The position numbers and the translations under genes were made by a program. Of a stretch of DNA of 64,000 nucleotides, positions 47,310-56,288 are shown piece by piece. The number at the start of each line of letters is the position of its first letter. Position 1 is the stretch's first letter. The notes below the pieces were generated by a model. That model did not search any database and was not told the DNA's origin. It worked only from the letters and a program-made list of their open reading frames with translations. Source of the stretch: Sphingomonas sp. (GTDB lineage Bacteria > Pseudomonadota > Alphaproteobacteria > Sphingomonadales > Sphingomonadaceae); NCBI GenBank assembly GCA_035538935.1, contig DATLJH010000009.1, forward strand, positions 18,378-82,377, in the 5' to 3' direction.

Positions 47310-48896
47310 ATGACCGGGCGGGCGATACGCAGCATCGTGATCGTGGGCGGCGGCACTGCCGGCTGGATGGCGGCCGCGACGATCGGGCGCGCGCTCGCCG
47401 ATCGCGACGTGACCGTTACCGTGGTCGAATCGGACGCGATCGGCACGGTCGGGGTGGGGGAGGCGACGATCCCGCCGATCCTGCACCTGAACCAGCTTCT
47501 GGGCATCGACGAGAACGACTTCGTCCGCCGCACCAACGCGACCTTCAAGCTGGGGATCGAGTTCGTCGGCTGGGGCAAAGCGGGGGAGCGCTACGTCCAT
47601 CCCTTCGGCCGCTACGGCGCGGACATCGGGGCGCTGCCCTTCCACCAATATTGGCTGCGGGCGCGGGCGGCGGACCCGGCGGCGGCCGGCGCGCTCACCG
47701 ATTACAGCCTGCCGAGCATGGCGGCGCTCGCGGGCAAGTTCTGCCGCCCCTCGCCGGACCCGAAGAACACGCTGTCGAACATCGCCTACGCCTACCAGTT
47801 CGACGCCTCACTCTACGCGAAGATGCTCCGCGAGATCGCCGAGGCGGCGGGCGCGGTACGGCGCGAGGGCCGCGTCGTCGAGGTGGCGATGCACGACAAC
47901 GGCTTCGTGCGCGCCGTGCGGCTGGAAAGCGGCGAGGAGATCGAGGCCGATTTCTTCATCGATTGCTCGGGCTTTCGCGGGCTGCTGATCGAAGGCGCGC
48001 TCAAGACCGGCTACGAGACGTGGACGCATTGGCTGCCGTGCGACCGCGCGATTGCCTTGCCCTGCGCCAAGACGGGCGACCCCGAGCCGCTGACGCGTTG
48101 CACCGCGCATCGGGCAGGCTGGCAATGGCGCATCCCCCTCCAGCACCGCATCGGCAACGGCCACGTCTATTCGAGCGTGCACATGGAGGATGACGAGGCC
48201 GAGGCGATCCTGCGCGCCAACCTGGAAGGCGCGCCGCTCGCCGAGCCCAACAAGCTGCGTTTCACCACCGGGCGGCGGCGGCTCTTCTGGAACCGCAACG
48301 TACTCGCGCTCGGGCTGGCCTCAGGATTCCTCGAACCGCTCGAATCGACCAGCATCCATCTGATCCAGACCGGGCTGTCGAAGCTGCTCAACCTGTTCCC
48401 GGACCGCGATTTTCACCAGCCCGACGTGGATTTCTACAACCGCTCGGCGGCGGTGGAATATGAACGCATCCGCGATTTCATCATCCTGCACTATCGCGTG
48501 AACCAGCGCGTCGGCGAGCCGTTCTGGGATGCCTGCCGCGCGATGTCGCTGCCCGACACGCTCGAGGAGAAGCTCGCGCTGTGGCGGCGGCACGGCCGCG
48601 TCTTCCGCGTCGACGACGAATTGTTCGGCGAATCGAGCTGGGTCGCGGTGCTCGAAGGGCAGGGCTGGCAGCCCGAGCGCTACGATCCGCTGGCCGATGC
48701 CTTGCCCGATGCCAAGCTTGCCAAGCTGCCCGCGATCCGCGCCGCGATCGCGCGCGGGGTGGCGGCCATGCCTGAGCACGCGCGCTTCATCGCCGAACAA
48801 TGCGTGTCTCCATCCGCCGCGCCAAGTCCGGCGGCGCCCGCCGGGTTGGTCACGACCCGCGCCGGCGGCATCGGCCCGGCAGTGGTGCAGCGATAA
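47310..48896 (+). CDS. Flavin-dependent halogenase (tryptophan halogenase family)
   Basis: GGGTAGW FAD motif, IGTVGVGEATIP, TFKLGIEF (catalytic Lys position), WQWRIPL (WxWxIP), FLEPLESTSIH. Confidence 0.9.
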   Translation: MTGRAIRSIVIVGGGTAGWMAAATIGRALADRDVTVTVVESDAIGTVGVGEATIPPILHLNQLLGIDENDFVRRTNATFKLGIEFVGWGKAGERYVHPFGRYGADIGALPFHQYWLRARAADPAAAGALTDYSLPSMAALAGKFCRPSPDPKNTLSNIAYAYQFDASLYAKMLREIAEAAGAVRREGRVVEVAMHDNGFVRAVRLESGEEIEADFFIDCSGFRGLLIEGALKTGYETWTHWLPCDRAIALPCAKTGDPEPLTRCTAHRAGWQWRIPLQHRIGNGHVYSSVHMEDDEAEAILRANLEGAPLAEPNKLRFTTGRRRLFWNRNVLALGLASGFLEPLESTSIHLIQTGLSKLLNLFPDRDFHQPDVDFYNRSAAVEYERIRDFIILHYRVNQRVGEPFWDACRAMSLPDTLEEKLALWRRHGRVFRVDDELFGESSWVAVLEGQGWQPERYDPLADALPDAKLAKLPAIRAAIARGVAAMPEHARFIAEQCVSPSAAPSPAAPAGLVTTRAGGIGPAVVQR

Positions 48897-48941
48897 GATC
48901 ACGAGCGAAGGTGGCGCTCGACGATCCGCCATCCAAAAATC

Positions 48942-49024
48942 CGTCACCCCAGCGAAAGCTGGGGTCTCTATGTGGCGAGTGCGTCGTTCGACGTTGAAAG
49001 ACCCCAGCTTTCGCTGGGGTGACG
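48942..49024. repeat. REP-like palindromic doublet
   Basis: CGTCACCCCAGCGAAAGCTGGGGTCT ... AGACCCCAGCTTTCGCTGGGGTGACG, a long perfect inverted pair. Confidence 0.8.
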
Positions 49025-49075
49025 ATATTTCGGATTTCTCGTCTCCGCGCCCTTCGGAAGAGAGGTCGGCCGCGT

Positions 49076-50377
49076 TTATCCCGTCGCCCGGCGCGCGCCC
49101 GCCGGGCGTGGCCACGCATAATCGGCGAGCGTCTCCGGCTTCATCTCGATCGAGAAACCCGGCGCTTGCGGCGCGCGGTATGCCGCGTTCTCGACCACGC
49201 AGGGCTCGACGAAATGCTCGTGCAGATGGTCGATATATTCGGCGACGCGGCCCTCCTTGGTGCCGGCGAAGCACAGATAGTCGATCATCGCGAGGTGCTG
49301 GACATATTCGCACAGGCCGACGCCGCCCGCGTGCGGGCAGACGGGCAGATCGTATTTCGCCGCCATCAGCAGCACCGCCAGCACCTCGTTGACGCCGCCC
49401 AGCCGGCACGCGTCGAGCTGGACGACGTCGATCGCGCCCTCGGCCATGAACTGTTTGAAGAGGATGCGGTTCTGGCACATCTCGCCGGTCGCGACCTTGA
49501 TCGGCGCGACGCCCTCGCGGATGCGGCGGTGGCCGGCGACGTCGTCGGGGCTGGTCGGCTCCTCGATGAACCAGGGCCGCGCGAAGGCGAGCGCGCGGAC
49601 GTGCGCGATCGCGTCGTCGACCTCCCAGATCTGGTTGGCGTCGATCAGCAGCTTGCGGTCGGGCCCGATCACCTCGCGCGCGAGGCCGACGCGGCGGATA
49701 TCGTCGTCGAGCGAGCGCCCGACCTTGAGCTTGATGTGGTCGAACCCCTGGTCGATCGCCTCGCGGCATAATCGGGCGAGCTTGTCGTCCGAATAGCCGA
49801 GCCAGCCCGCCGAGGTGGTGTAGCAGGGATAGCCGGTCGCCTCGAGATCGGCGATCCGCGCCGCCTTGCCCTCGGCGCGTTCGGTGAGCAGCGCCAGCGC
49901 CTCGTCGGGGGTGATGCAATCGGTGATGTAGCGGAAGTCGATCAGGCCGACGATCTGTTTGGGTGCCATCTCGCCGATCAGTCGCCACAAAGGCTTGCCC
50001 GCGCGCTTGGCGAGCAGATCCCACACCGCGTTCACCACCGCGCCGGCGGCGAGGTGGATCACACCCTTTTCGGGGCCGATCCAGCGGAGCTGGCTGTCGC
50101 CTGTGACATGCCGCCAGAACCGCGCGCCGTCCTCGGCGATCCAGTCGAGGTCGAGGCCCTCGATCAGCGGCGCGAGCGCCTCGATCGCCGCGCAGCAGAT
50201 GTCGTTGCCGCGGCCGATCGTGAAGGTGAGCCCGTGCCCGGCGAGGCCCGGCGCGTCGGTTTCGAGGATGCAATAAGCCGCCGAATAATCGGGATCGGGG
50301 TTCATCGCGTCCGATCCGTCGAGCTGCATCGAGGTCGGGAAGCGGATGTCGAGGACGCGGAGCCGCGTGATCTTCAT
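49076..50377 (-). CDS. fucD: L-fuconate dehydratase (enolase superfamily, ENOSF1-like)
   Basis: RFPTS..LDGSDAMNPDPDYSAAY, TFTIGRGN, YTTSAGWLGYSDDK, KLKVG, DANQ, FIEEPTSPDD, ATGE, CPHAGGVGLCE, EYIDHLHEHF. Confidence 0.92.
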   Translation of the reverse strand: MKITRLRVLDIRFPTSMQLDGSDAMNPDPDYSAAYCILETDAPGLAGHGLTFTIGRGNDICCAAIEALAPLIEGLDLDWIAEDGARFWRHVTGDSQLRWIGPEKGVIHLAAGAVVNAVWDLLAKRAGKPLWRLIGEMAPKQIVGLIDFRYITDCITPDEALALLTERAEGKAARIADLEATGYPCYTTSAGWLGYSDDKLARLCREAIDQGFDHIKLKVGRSLDDDIRRVGLAREVIGPDRKLLIDANQIWEVDDAIAHVRALAFARPWFIEEPTSPDDVAGHRRIREGVAPIKVATGEMCQNRILFKQFMAEGAIDVVQLDACRLGGVNEVLAVLLMAAKYDLPVCPHAGGVGLCEYVQHLAMIDYLCFAGTKEGRVAEYIDHLHEHFVEPCVVENAAYRAPQAPGFSIEMKPETLADYAWPRPAGARRATG

Positions 50378-50454
50378 CGTGCGCGCCCGAACGCGGTGGC
50401 CGGATTGCGGGTCGAATTGGCCACGTCGCGTCCACCTTTCGTCAATGGATCACG

Positions 50455-50470
50455 TTTTCATATGTGCAAA
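50455..50470. promoter_or_regulatory. Candidate IclR-type operator upstream of fucD
   Basis: TTTTCATATGTGCAAA, an imperfect palindrome in the short gap between the IclR gene and fucD. Confidence 0.5.
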
Positions 50471-50497
50471 GCACATTCGGCGCAAGCGGCCTTTGAC

Positions 50498-51292
50498 TCA
50501 GATGCGGCTGTCGCCTTCGGTCAATTGGGTGGAGAGGCGGTCGGCGGCCGCGCGCACGGCGCTGGCGGTGTCGTCGGGCGTGGCCGAGGGCAGCACCTTC
50601 TTGATGTAGGGCACCGTCAGCGCCGCCGCCGCTGCGCCGCCGCGCATCACCGGCGCGGAGATGTCGGTGATCCCTTCGACGAAGCGGCTGGTCGTCAGCT
50701 CGACCTTGCGCTTGGCGATCGCCCGCGCATGGGCGCGGAACGCCTCCAGCGCGGCCCTGGGCAGCTTGGGGTCGAAGAGCTTTTCCCAGCGCTCCTGGAT
50801 GTCGGCGGGCTGGAAGGCGTAGAGTACCGCACCCGAGGCCGATTCATGCAGCGCGCGGCGATAGCCGACACGCACCGAGAAGCCGAGCTGCTCGCTCGAT
50901 TCCATCCGCGCGATCACCACCATCTGCCCGCGCGTGTGGACCGCGAGGTGGCACGATTGCTCGACCTCGATCGTCAATTGCCGCATGATCGGCAGCGCGA
51001 TCTCGACGAGGTTCTGGATGCGCGGCTGCTGCATGCCGAGCGAGAATAGCCGATCGGTCAGCCGATAGCCGTCGCTGCTGCGATCCTGCTCGATATAGCC
51101 GCGATATTCGAGCACCTGCACCATGCGGAACAGCTCGCCATGCGAGCGTTCGAGGCGGTTGACGATCGCGGTCAGCGTCATCGGCAGCGGCTCGCTGGCG
51201 AGCAGTTCTAGGATGTCGAGCCCCTTGTCGAGCGCGGGTGCGCGATAGCGTTGCGGCGCGCCGCTCGTGGCCTCGTCGTCCTTCTTCGCCAC
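50498..51292 (-). CDS. IclR-family transcriptional regulator
   Basis: YRAPALDKGLDILELLA HTH, ESASGAVLYAF, GITDISAPV. Confidence 0.9.
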   Translation of the reverse strand: MAKKDDEATSGAPQRYRAPALDKGLDILELLASEPLPMTLTAIVNRLERSHGELFRMVQVLEYRGYIEQDRSSDGYRLTDRLFSLGMQQPRIQNLVEIALPIMRQLTIEVEQSCHLAVHTRGQMVVIARMESSEQLGFSVRVGYRRALHESASGAVLYAFQPADIQERWEKLFDPKLPRAALEAFRAHARAIAKRKVELTTSRFVEGITDISAPVMRGGAAAAALTVPYIKKVLPSATPDDTASAVRAAADRLSTQLTEGDSRI

Positions 51293-51353
51293 CGCCGCCT
51301 CCCGCTTGCCTGCGGGGCCGACTGTAGCGCCTCCGCGCCGCGTGTGAAGGCGA

Positions 51354-52685
51354 TTAGGCGGGAACGCCGAACAGGTCGTGCGCGTCGGAATCCTCGATCG
51401 TCACCGCCACGATGTCGCCGATAGCAAGGTGGCCGGCGTCGCGCAGATGGACCTCGCCGTCGATCTCGGGCGCGTCGGCCTTGGAGCGGCCGGTGGCGCC
51501 GCCGCTCGTCGCGTCGACTGCATCGATGATGACGTCGAGCGTGCGGCCGACCTTCGCCGCCAGCTTCTCGGCGGAGATGCGCGCGGTCAGCGCCATCAGG
51601 CGGGCGTAGCGCTCTTCCTTGACTGGCTCGGGGACCGGATCGGGCAGCGCGTTGGCGGCGGCGCCCTCGACGGGCTCGAAGCGGAAGGCGCCGACGCGAT
51701 CGAGCTGCGCTTCCTCGAGCCAGTCCATGAGGTAGCGGAAATCGTCCTCGGTCTCGCCGGGGAAGCCGACGACGAAGGTCGATCGCACCGCGATGTCCGG
51801 GCAGATCGCGCGCCAGCCCTTGATGCGTTCGAGCACCTTGGCCTCGTTGGCGGGGCGGCGCATCGCCTTGAGGACGCTGCGGCTGGCATGCTGGAACGGG
51901 ATGTCGAGATAGGGGAGCACCAGCCCCTCGGCCATCAGCGGGATGACGTGGTCGACGTGCGGATAGGGGTAGACGTAGTGAAGACGGACCCACGGCGCGA
52001 TCCGGCCGAGCTCGCGGGCGAGGTCGGTCATGTGCGCGCGCACCTCACGGCCGTGCCACATCCGCGGATGATGCTTGATGTCGACGCCGTAGGCCGACGT
52101 ATCCTGGCTGATGACCAGCAGTTCCCTGGTGTCCGCCTCGACCAGCTTCTCCGCCTCGCGCAGGATCGCGTCGGGGCGGCGGCTGACGAGATCGCCGCGC
52201 AAGCTTGGAATGATGCAGAAGGCGCAGCGATGGTTGCAGCCCTCGGAGATCTTCAGATAGCTGTAGTGCCGCGGCGTGAGCTTGAGCCCGCTCTCGGGGA
52301 CGAGGTTGAGGAAGGCATTGGGCGGCATCGGCGCCGCGTCGTGGACCGCGCCCACCACCTCTTCATATTGGTGCGCCCCGGTGACGGCGAGCACGTCGGG
52401 GAAGCGTGCGCGGATCGTCTCGGCTTCCTTGCCCATGCAGCCGGTAACGATGACGCGGCCGTTCTCCGCGATCGCCTCGCCGATTGCTTCCAGGCTCTCC
52501 TCCTTGGCGGAATCGAGGAAACCGCAGGTGTTGACGAGCACCACGTCCGCGCCGGCATAATCGGGCGACATCTGATAGCCGTCGGAGCGGAGCTTGGTCA
52601 GGATGCGCTCGGAATCGACGAGATTCTTCGGACAGCCGAGCGACACCATGCCGACTCGCGGCGGGGAGGGGAGTTGCGTTGCCAT
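51354..52685 (-). CDS. rimO: Ribosomal protein S12 methylthiotransferase
   Basis: [21 protein letters not shown], radical SAM motif [17 protein letters not shown]-like motif, TRAM domain DAPEIDG. Confidence 0.96.
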   Translation of the reverse strand: MATQLPSPPRVGMVSLGCPKNLVDSERILTKLRSDGYQMSPDYAGADVVLVNTCGFLDSAKEESLEAIGEAIAENGRVIVTGCMGKEAETIRARFPDVLAVTGAHQYEEVVGAVHDAAPMPPNAFLNLVPESGLKLTPRHYSYLKISEGCNHRCAFCIIPSLRGDLVSRRPDAILREAEKLVEADTRELLVISQDTSAYGVDIKHHPRMWHGREVRAHMTDLARELGRIAPWVRLHYVYPYPHVDHVIPLMAEGLVLPYLDIPFQHASRSVLKAMRRPANEAKVLERIKGWRAICPDIAVRSTFVVGFPGETEDDFRYLMDWLEEAQLDRVGAFRFEPVEGAAANALPDPVPEPVKEERYARLMALTARISAEKLAAKVGRTLDVIIDAVDATSGGATGRSKADAPEIDGEVHLRDAGHLAIGDIVAVTIEDSDAHDLFGVPA

Positions 52686-52738
52686 GGGAGTGGCGCGCAC
52701 ATAGGCGAAGTTGCGGGGATTTTCCAGATGGAAGCGAT

Positions 52739-53287
52739 GTGCCCACTTACGAGCTGAAACCGCATCCCGATCATCACGGCAGCGCCGTGCGCAGCATCAC
52801 GGTCGATGCCCGGCGCGGTGCCGGCGGCGTGCTGCGGCTCGATTATCTCGTGCGCGGCGCGATCGATGCCGTGCGCTGGCCCGAGCCCGCGCGACACGAA
52901 TTTGCCGACCTGCTCTGGCAGCATAGTTGTTTCGAGGCCTTTGTCGGCGCGCGCGGCGACAAAGGGTATCGCGAATACAATCTCTCGCCGTCGTCGCAAT
53001 TCGCCACTTACGCGTTCGACGATCATCGCGACGGGATGCGCAATGCTGCCGATGCGATTGTGGTCGAGCAGCATTTCTCGCGGACCGCCGAGGAAGCGAG
53101 GATGCGCGCGCTGGTGCAACTCGAGGGGCTTGCCGACGCTCCCTGTTGGGAGATCGGCCTGACGACAGTGATCGAAGAGCTATCGGGCGCCAAATCGCTA
53201 TGGGCGCTGGCGCACCCGGACGGCCCGCCCGATTTCCATGCGCGGGATTGCTTTGTCGCGCGGCTCGCGGCACCTGACGCCTCATGA
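52739..53287 (+). CDS. DOMON/CBM9-like domain protein
   Basis: GTG start; [39 protein letters not shown]...PDFH, recalled as typical of this small family. Confidence 0.6.
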   Translation: MPTYELKPHPDHHGSAVRSITVDARRGAGGVLRLDYLVRGAIDAVRWPEPARHEFADLLWQHSCFEAFVGARGDKGYREYNLSPSSQFATYAFDDHRDGMRNAADAIVVEQHFSRTAEEARMRALVQLEGLADAPCWEIGLTTVIEELSGAKSLWALAHPDGPPDFHARDCFVARLAAPDAS

Positions 53288-54480
53288 AGTTCGGTATCGA
53301 TCGGCTGCTCGCCGACCCCGCTTTGCGCGCGCCGCTGGAGGGCAAGCGCGTCGCGCTGCTCGCGCATCCGGCGTCGGTGACCGCCAACCTGATGCATTCG
53401 CTCGACGCGCTCGTGGCGGCGGGAGTGAACGTAACGGCGGTATTCGGCCCACAGCATGGCGTGCGCGGCGACCTGCAGGACAATATGATGGAGTCGCCGG
53501 ACTTCACCGATCCGACCTACGGGATGCCGGTGTTCAGCCTCTATGGCGAGGTACGGCGGCCGAAGCCCGAGTGGATGGGCACGTTCGATGTCGTGCTGAT
53601 CGACCTCCAGGATCTGGGGTGCCGCATCTACACCTTCATCACGACGCTGCTCTACATGCTCGAAGCGGGCGCCGGGCACGGCAAGAGCGTGTGGGTGCTC
53701 GATCGCCCCAATCCGGCGGGACGGCCGATCGAGGGGCTGGCGCTGCTGCCTGGCTGGGAGAGCTTCGTCGGCGCCGGGCCGATGCCGATGCGGCACGGAC
53801 TGACGATGGGCGAGCTGGGGCGATGGTTCGTCGATCATTTCGGGCTCGATTTGGAGTATCGGGTGATCGAGATGGAAGACTGGGCGCCCGAGGCGGGGCC
53901 GGGGTTCGGCTGGCCGGCGGATCGCATCTGGATCAATCCGAGCCCCAATGCGCCCAACCTCGTCATGGCGCGCGACTATGCGGGGACCGTGATGCTCGAG
54001 GGCACCACGCTTTCCGAAGGGCGGGGGACGACGCGGCCGCTCGAATTGTTCGGCGCGCCCGATATCGAGGCGCGCAAGGTGACGGCCGAGATGGAAGTGC
54101 TCGCGCCGGAATGGCTCTCGGGGTGCCGGTTGCGCGACATCTGGTTCCAGCCAACCTTCCACAAGCATGTCGGCCAGCTCTGCAACGGCGTGCAGATTCA
54201 TGCCGAAGGGCCGGCCTACGATCACCGCGCCTTCAAGCCCTGGCGGCTCCAGGCGCTGGCGTTCAAGGCGATCCGGCGGCTCTGGCCCGACTATCCGTTG
54301 TGGCGCGATTTTCCGTACGAATACGTCTTCGACAAACTCGCGATCGACGTGATCAATGGCGGGCCGGGGTTGCGCGAATGGGTCGATGACGTCGCTGCCG
54401 AGCCGGGCGATCTGGACGGCGCGGCGATGGTGGACGAGACCGCCTGGGCCGAAACGCGCCGCCCGTTCCTGCTCTATTGA
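53284..54480 (+). CDS. namZ: Exo-beta-N-acetylmuramidase (DUF1343 family)
   Basis: FGPQHGVRG, FSLYG..RRP, DLQDLGCRIYTF, LDRPNP.G, MRHGLTMGE, WINPSPN, EGT.LSEGRGT..P.E.FGAP. Confidence 0.88.
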   Translation: MKFGIDRLLADPALRAPLEGKRVALLAHPASVTANLMHSLDALVAAGVNVTAVFGPQHGVRGDLQDNMMESPDFTDPTYGMPVFSLYGEVRRPKPEWMGTFDVVLIDLQDLGCRIYTFITTLLYMLEAGAGHGKSVWVLDRPNPAGRPIEGLALLPGWESFVGAGPMPMRHGLTMGELGRWFVDHFGLDLEYRVIEMEDWAPEAGPGFGWPADRIWINPSPNAPNLVMARDYAGTVMLEGTTLSEGRGTTRPLELFGAPDIEARKVTAEMEVLAPEWLSGCRLRDIWFQPTFHKHVGQLCNGVQIHAEGPAYDHRAFKPWRLQALAFKAIRRLWPDYPLWRDFPYEYVFDKLAIDVINGGPGLREWVDDVAAEPGDLDGAAMVDETAWAETRRPFLLY

Positions 54481-54481
54481 T

Positions 54482-54916
54482 TCAGGATTTCGCCGGCGCT
54501 TTCCTGGCCGCGGGCTTGCGCGCCACGGGCTTCTTCGCCGCGGGCTTTTTTGCCGCCGGCTTTTTCGCGGGCGCCGCCTTCCTGGCAGTCGCCGACTTGG
54601 CGGGCGCCTTCTTGCCCGTCACCTTGGCGCGCACCTTGGGCGAGGCGGCGGCGGCCGCCGCCGCGCCGACCGCCACCGCGGCACCCACGGCCGCCGCGGT
54701 CTTACCCGGATTGGCCTTGGCCGTCTTTTCCGCGGATTTGGCGGTCTTCGACGCCGATTTGGCGAACGATTTCGCCTTTTCGGAGACCTTCCTGGCGGCT
54801 TCCTTCACGGTCTTGCGGGCGCTGTCGGCAGCCTTGCGGGCCTTCGATTTGGGCGTGTCGTCGTTGCTGGGCGCGGCCTTGGCGTGGGGCATGGCTGACT
54901 CCGGAATGTGCGACAT
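54482..54916 (-). CDS. Lys/Ala-rich histone H1-like protein with a central hydrophobic segment
   Basis: Repeated KKPAAK/KAAPAK units at the C-terminus and a central NPGKTAAAVGAAVAVGAAAAAA stretch. The start could be the second Met. Confidence 0.7.
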   Translation of the reverse strand: MSHIPESAMPHAKAAPSNDDTPKSKARKAADSARKTVKEAARKVSEKAKSFAKSASKTAKSAEKTAKANPGKTAAAVGAAVAVGAAAAAAASPKVRAKVTGKKAPAKSATARKAAPAKKPAAKKPAAKKPVARKPAARKAPAKS

Positions 54917-54981
54917 GACTGGGGACTCCTACCTCTCGCGATAACAACCGGAACGGGCGCGCAATGTTCCCTCGCATGCGC

Positions 54982-56160
54982 TCACGCCTTGCGCGTCAGC
55001 TCGCGCATCGCGTCGTCAAGGCCGGCGAGCGTGAGCGGGTACATGCGGTCGGCCATCAGCTCGCGGATCATGCGGACGCTTTGCGAATAGCCCCAATGCG
55101 CCTCGGGCACCGGATTGAGCCAGATCGCCGCGGGGTAGGTATTGGTGAGCCGCTGCATCCACACCGCGCCGGGTTCCTCGTTCATATGCTCGACCGAACC
55201 GCCGGGGTGCGTGATCTCGTAGGGGCTCATCGAGGCGTCGCCGACGAAGATCAGCTTGTAGTCGTGGCCGTATTTGTGGAGCACTTGCCCTGTCGGGGTG
55301 CGCTCGGTGAAGCGCCGCTTGTTGTCCTTCCAGACGCCTTCATAGGGGCAATTGTGGAAGTAGAAGAATTCGAGGTTCTTGAACTCGCTCGTCGCGGCAC
55401 TGAACAGCTCTTCGCAGAGCTTCACGAATGGGTCCATCGAGCCGCCGACATCGAGAAAAAGGAGCAGCTTCACCGCATTGTGGCGTTCGGGGCGCATGCG
55501 GATATCCAGCCAGCCCTGACGCGCGGTGCTACGAATCGTGGCGTCGAGATCGAGCTCGTCGGCGGCGCCTTCACGCGCGAAGCGGCGCAGGCGGCGGAGC
55601 GCCAGCTTGATGTTGCGCGTGCCGAGCTCGCGCGTGCTGTCGAGGTTCTTGAACGCGCGCTGGTCCCACACCTTGAGCGCGCGCTTATGCGTGCTCTCAC
55701 CGCCGATACGGACGCCTTCGGGATTGTAGCCCGCATTGCCGTAGGGCGAGGTGCCGCCGGTGCCGATCCATTTGTTGCCGCCCTGATGGCGGCCCTGCTG
55801 TTCCTCGAGGCGCTGCGCGAGCGTCTCCATGATCTCGTCCCACGAGCCGAGCGATTCGATCGCGGCCATTTCCTCGGGCGTGAGGTATTTCTCGGCGACG
55901 GCGCGCAGCCATTCTTTGGGCACGTCGGCGGTCGCGGTGCCATAGCTGGTCGCGACCCCCTTGAAGACCTTCGCGAAGACCTGATCGAAGCGGTCGAGCA
56001 GGCCTTCGTCCTTCACATAGGTCGCGCGGGCGAGGTAATAGAATTGCTCCGGGCTGCGCTCGACAACCTCGCGGTCGAGCGCTTCCAGCAGGGTGAGATG
56101 CTCCTTGAGGCTGGCCGGGATGCCGGCGGCGCGCAACTCATCGAGAAGGTTCAGGAACAT
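54982..56160 (-). CDS. vWA-domain protein (CoxE-like MoxR partner)
   Basis: MIDAS-like DVGGSMD, HQGGNKWIGTGGTSP, ELDLDATIR, YFHNC, GDASMSPYE. Confidence 0.85.
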   Translation of the reverse strand: MFLNLLDELRAAGIPASLKEHLTLLEALDREVVERSPEQFYYLARATYVKDEGLLDRFDQVFAKVFKGVATSYGTATADVPKEWLRAVAEKYLTPEEMAAIESLGSWDEIMETLAQRLEEQQGRHQGGNKWIGTGGTSPYGNAGYNPEGVRIGGESTHKRALKVWDQRAFKNLDSTRELGTRNIKLALRRLRRFAREGAADELDLDATIRSTARQGWLDIRMRPERHNAVKLLLFLDVGGSMDPFVKLCEELFSAATSEFKNLEFFYFHNCPYEGVWKDNKRRFTERTPTGQVLHKYGHDYKLIFVGDASMSPYEITHPGGSVEHMNEEPGAVWMQRLTNTYPAAIWLNPVPEAHWGYSQSVRMIRELMADRMYPLTLAGLDDAMRELTRKA

Positions 56161-56288
56161 GCCGCCGCGTGCCTGCGAAGTGGAGAAAGTGGAGAGCCTG
56201 GAACGATCTTTTCAATGTCTCCGGAATCGGCCGTTGCCAGCCCTTCTCCGTATACAGGGATTGGACGTTGTAGGACAGCCAGCCCCGA

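Noticed and set aside
49019-49119. Short ORF segments containing TPAKAGV / TPAFAGVT peptides
   Set aside because: These are translations of the REP palindrome, not evidence of proteins.
51293-51353. Possible genomic island boundary
   Set aside because: No integrase, tRNA, direct repeat or obvious compositional shift was seen, so mobility is unsupported.
54490-54620. Short tandem repeats resembling a repeat array
   Set aside because: They encode the KKPAA units of the H1-like protein; there is no spacer structure and no cas genes, so this is not CRISPR.
54477-54944. 155 aa plus-strand ORF rich in AGFFAA
   Set aside because: Antisense reading of the Lys/Ala repeats of the minus-strand gene.
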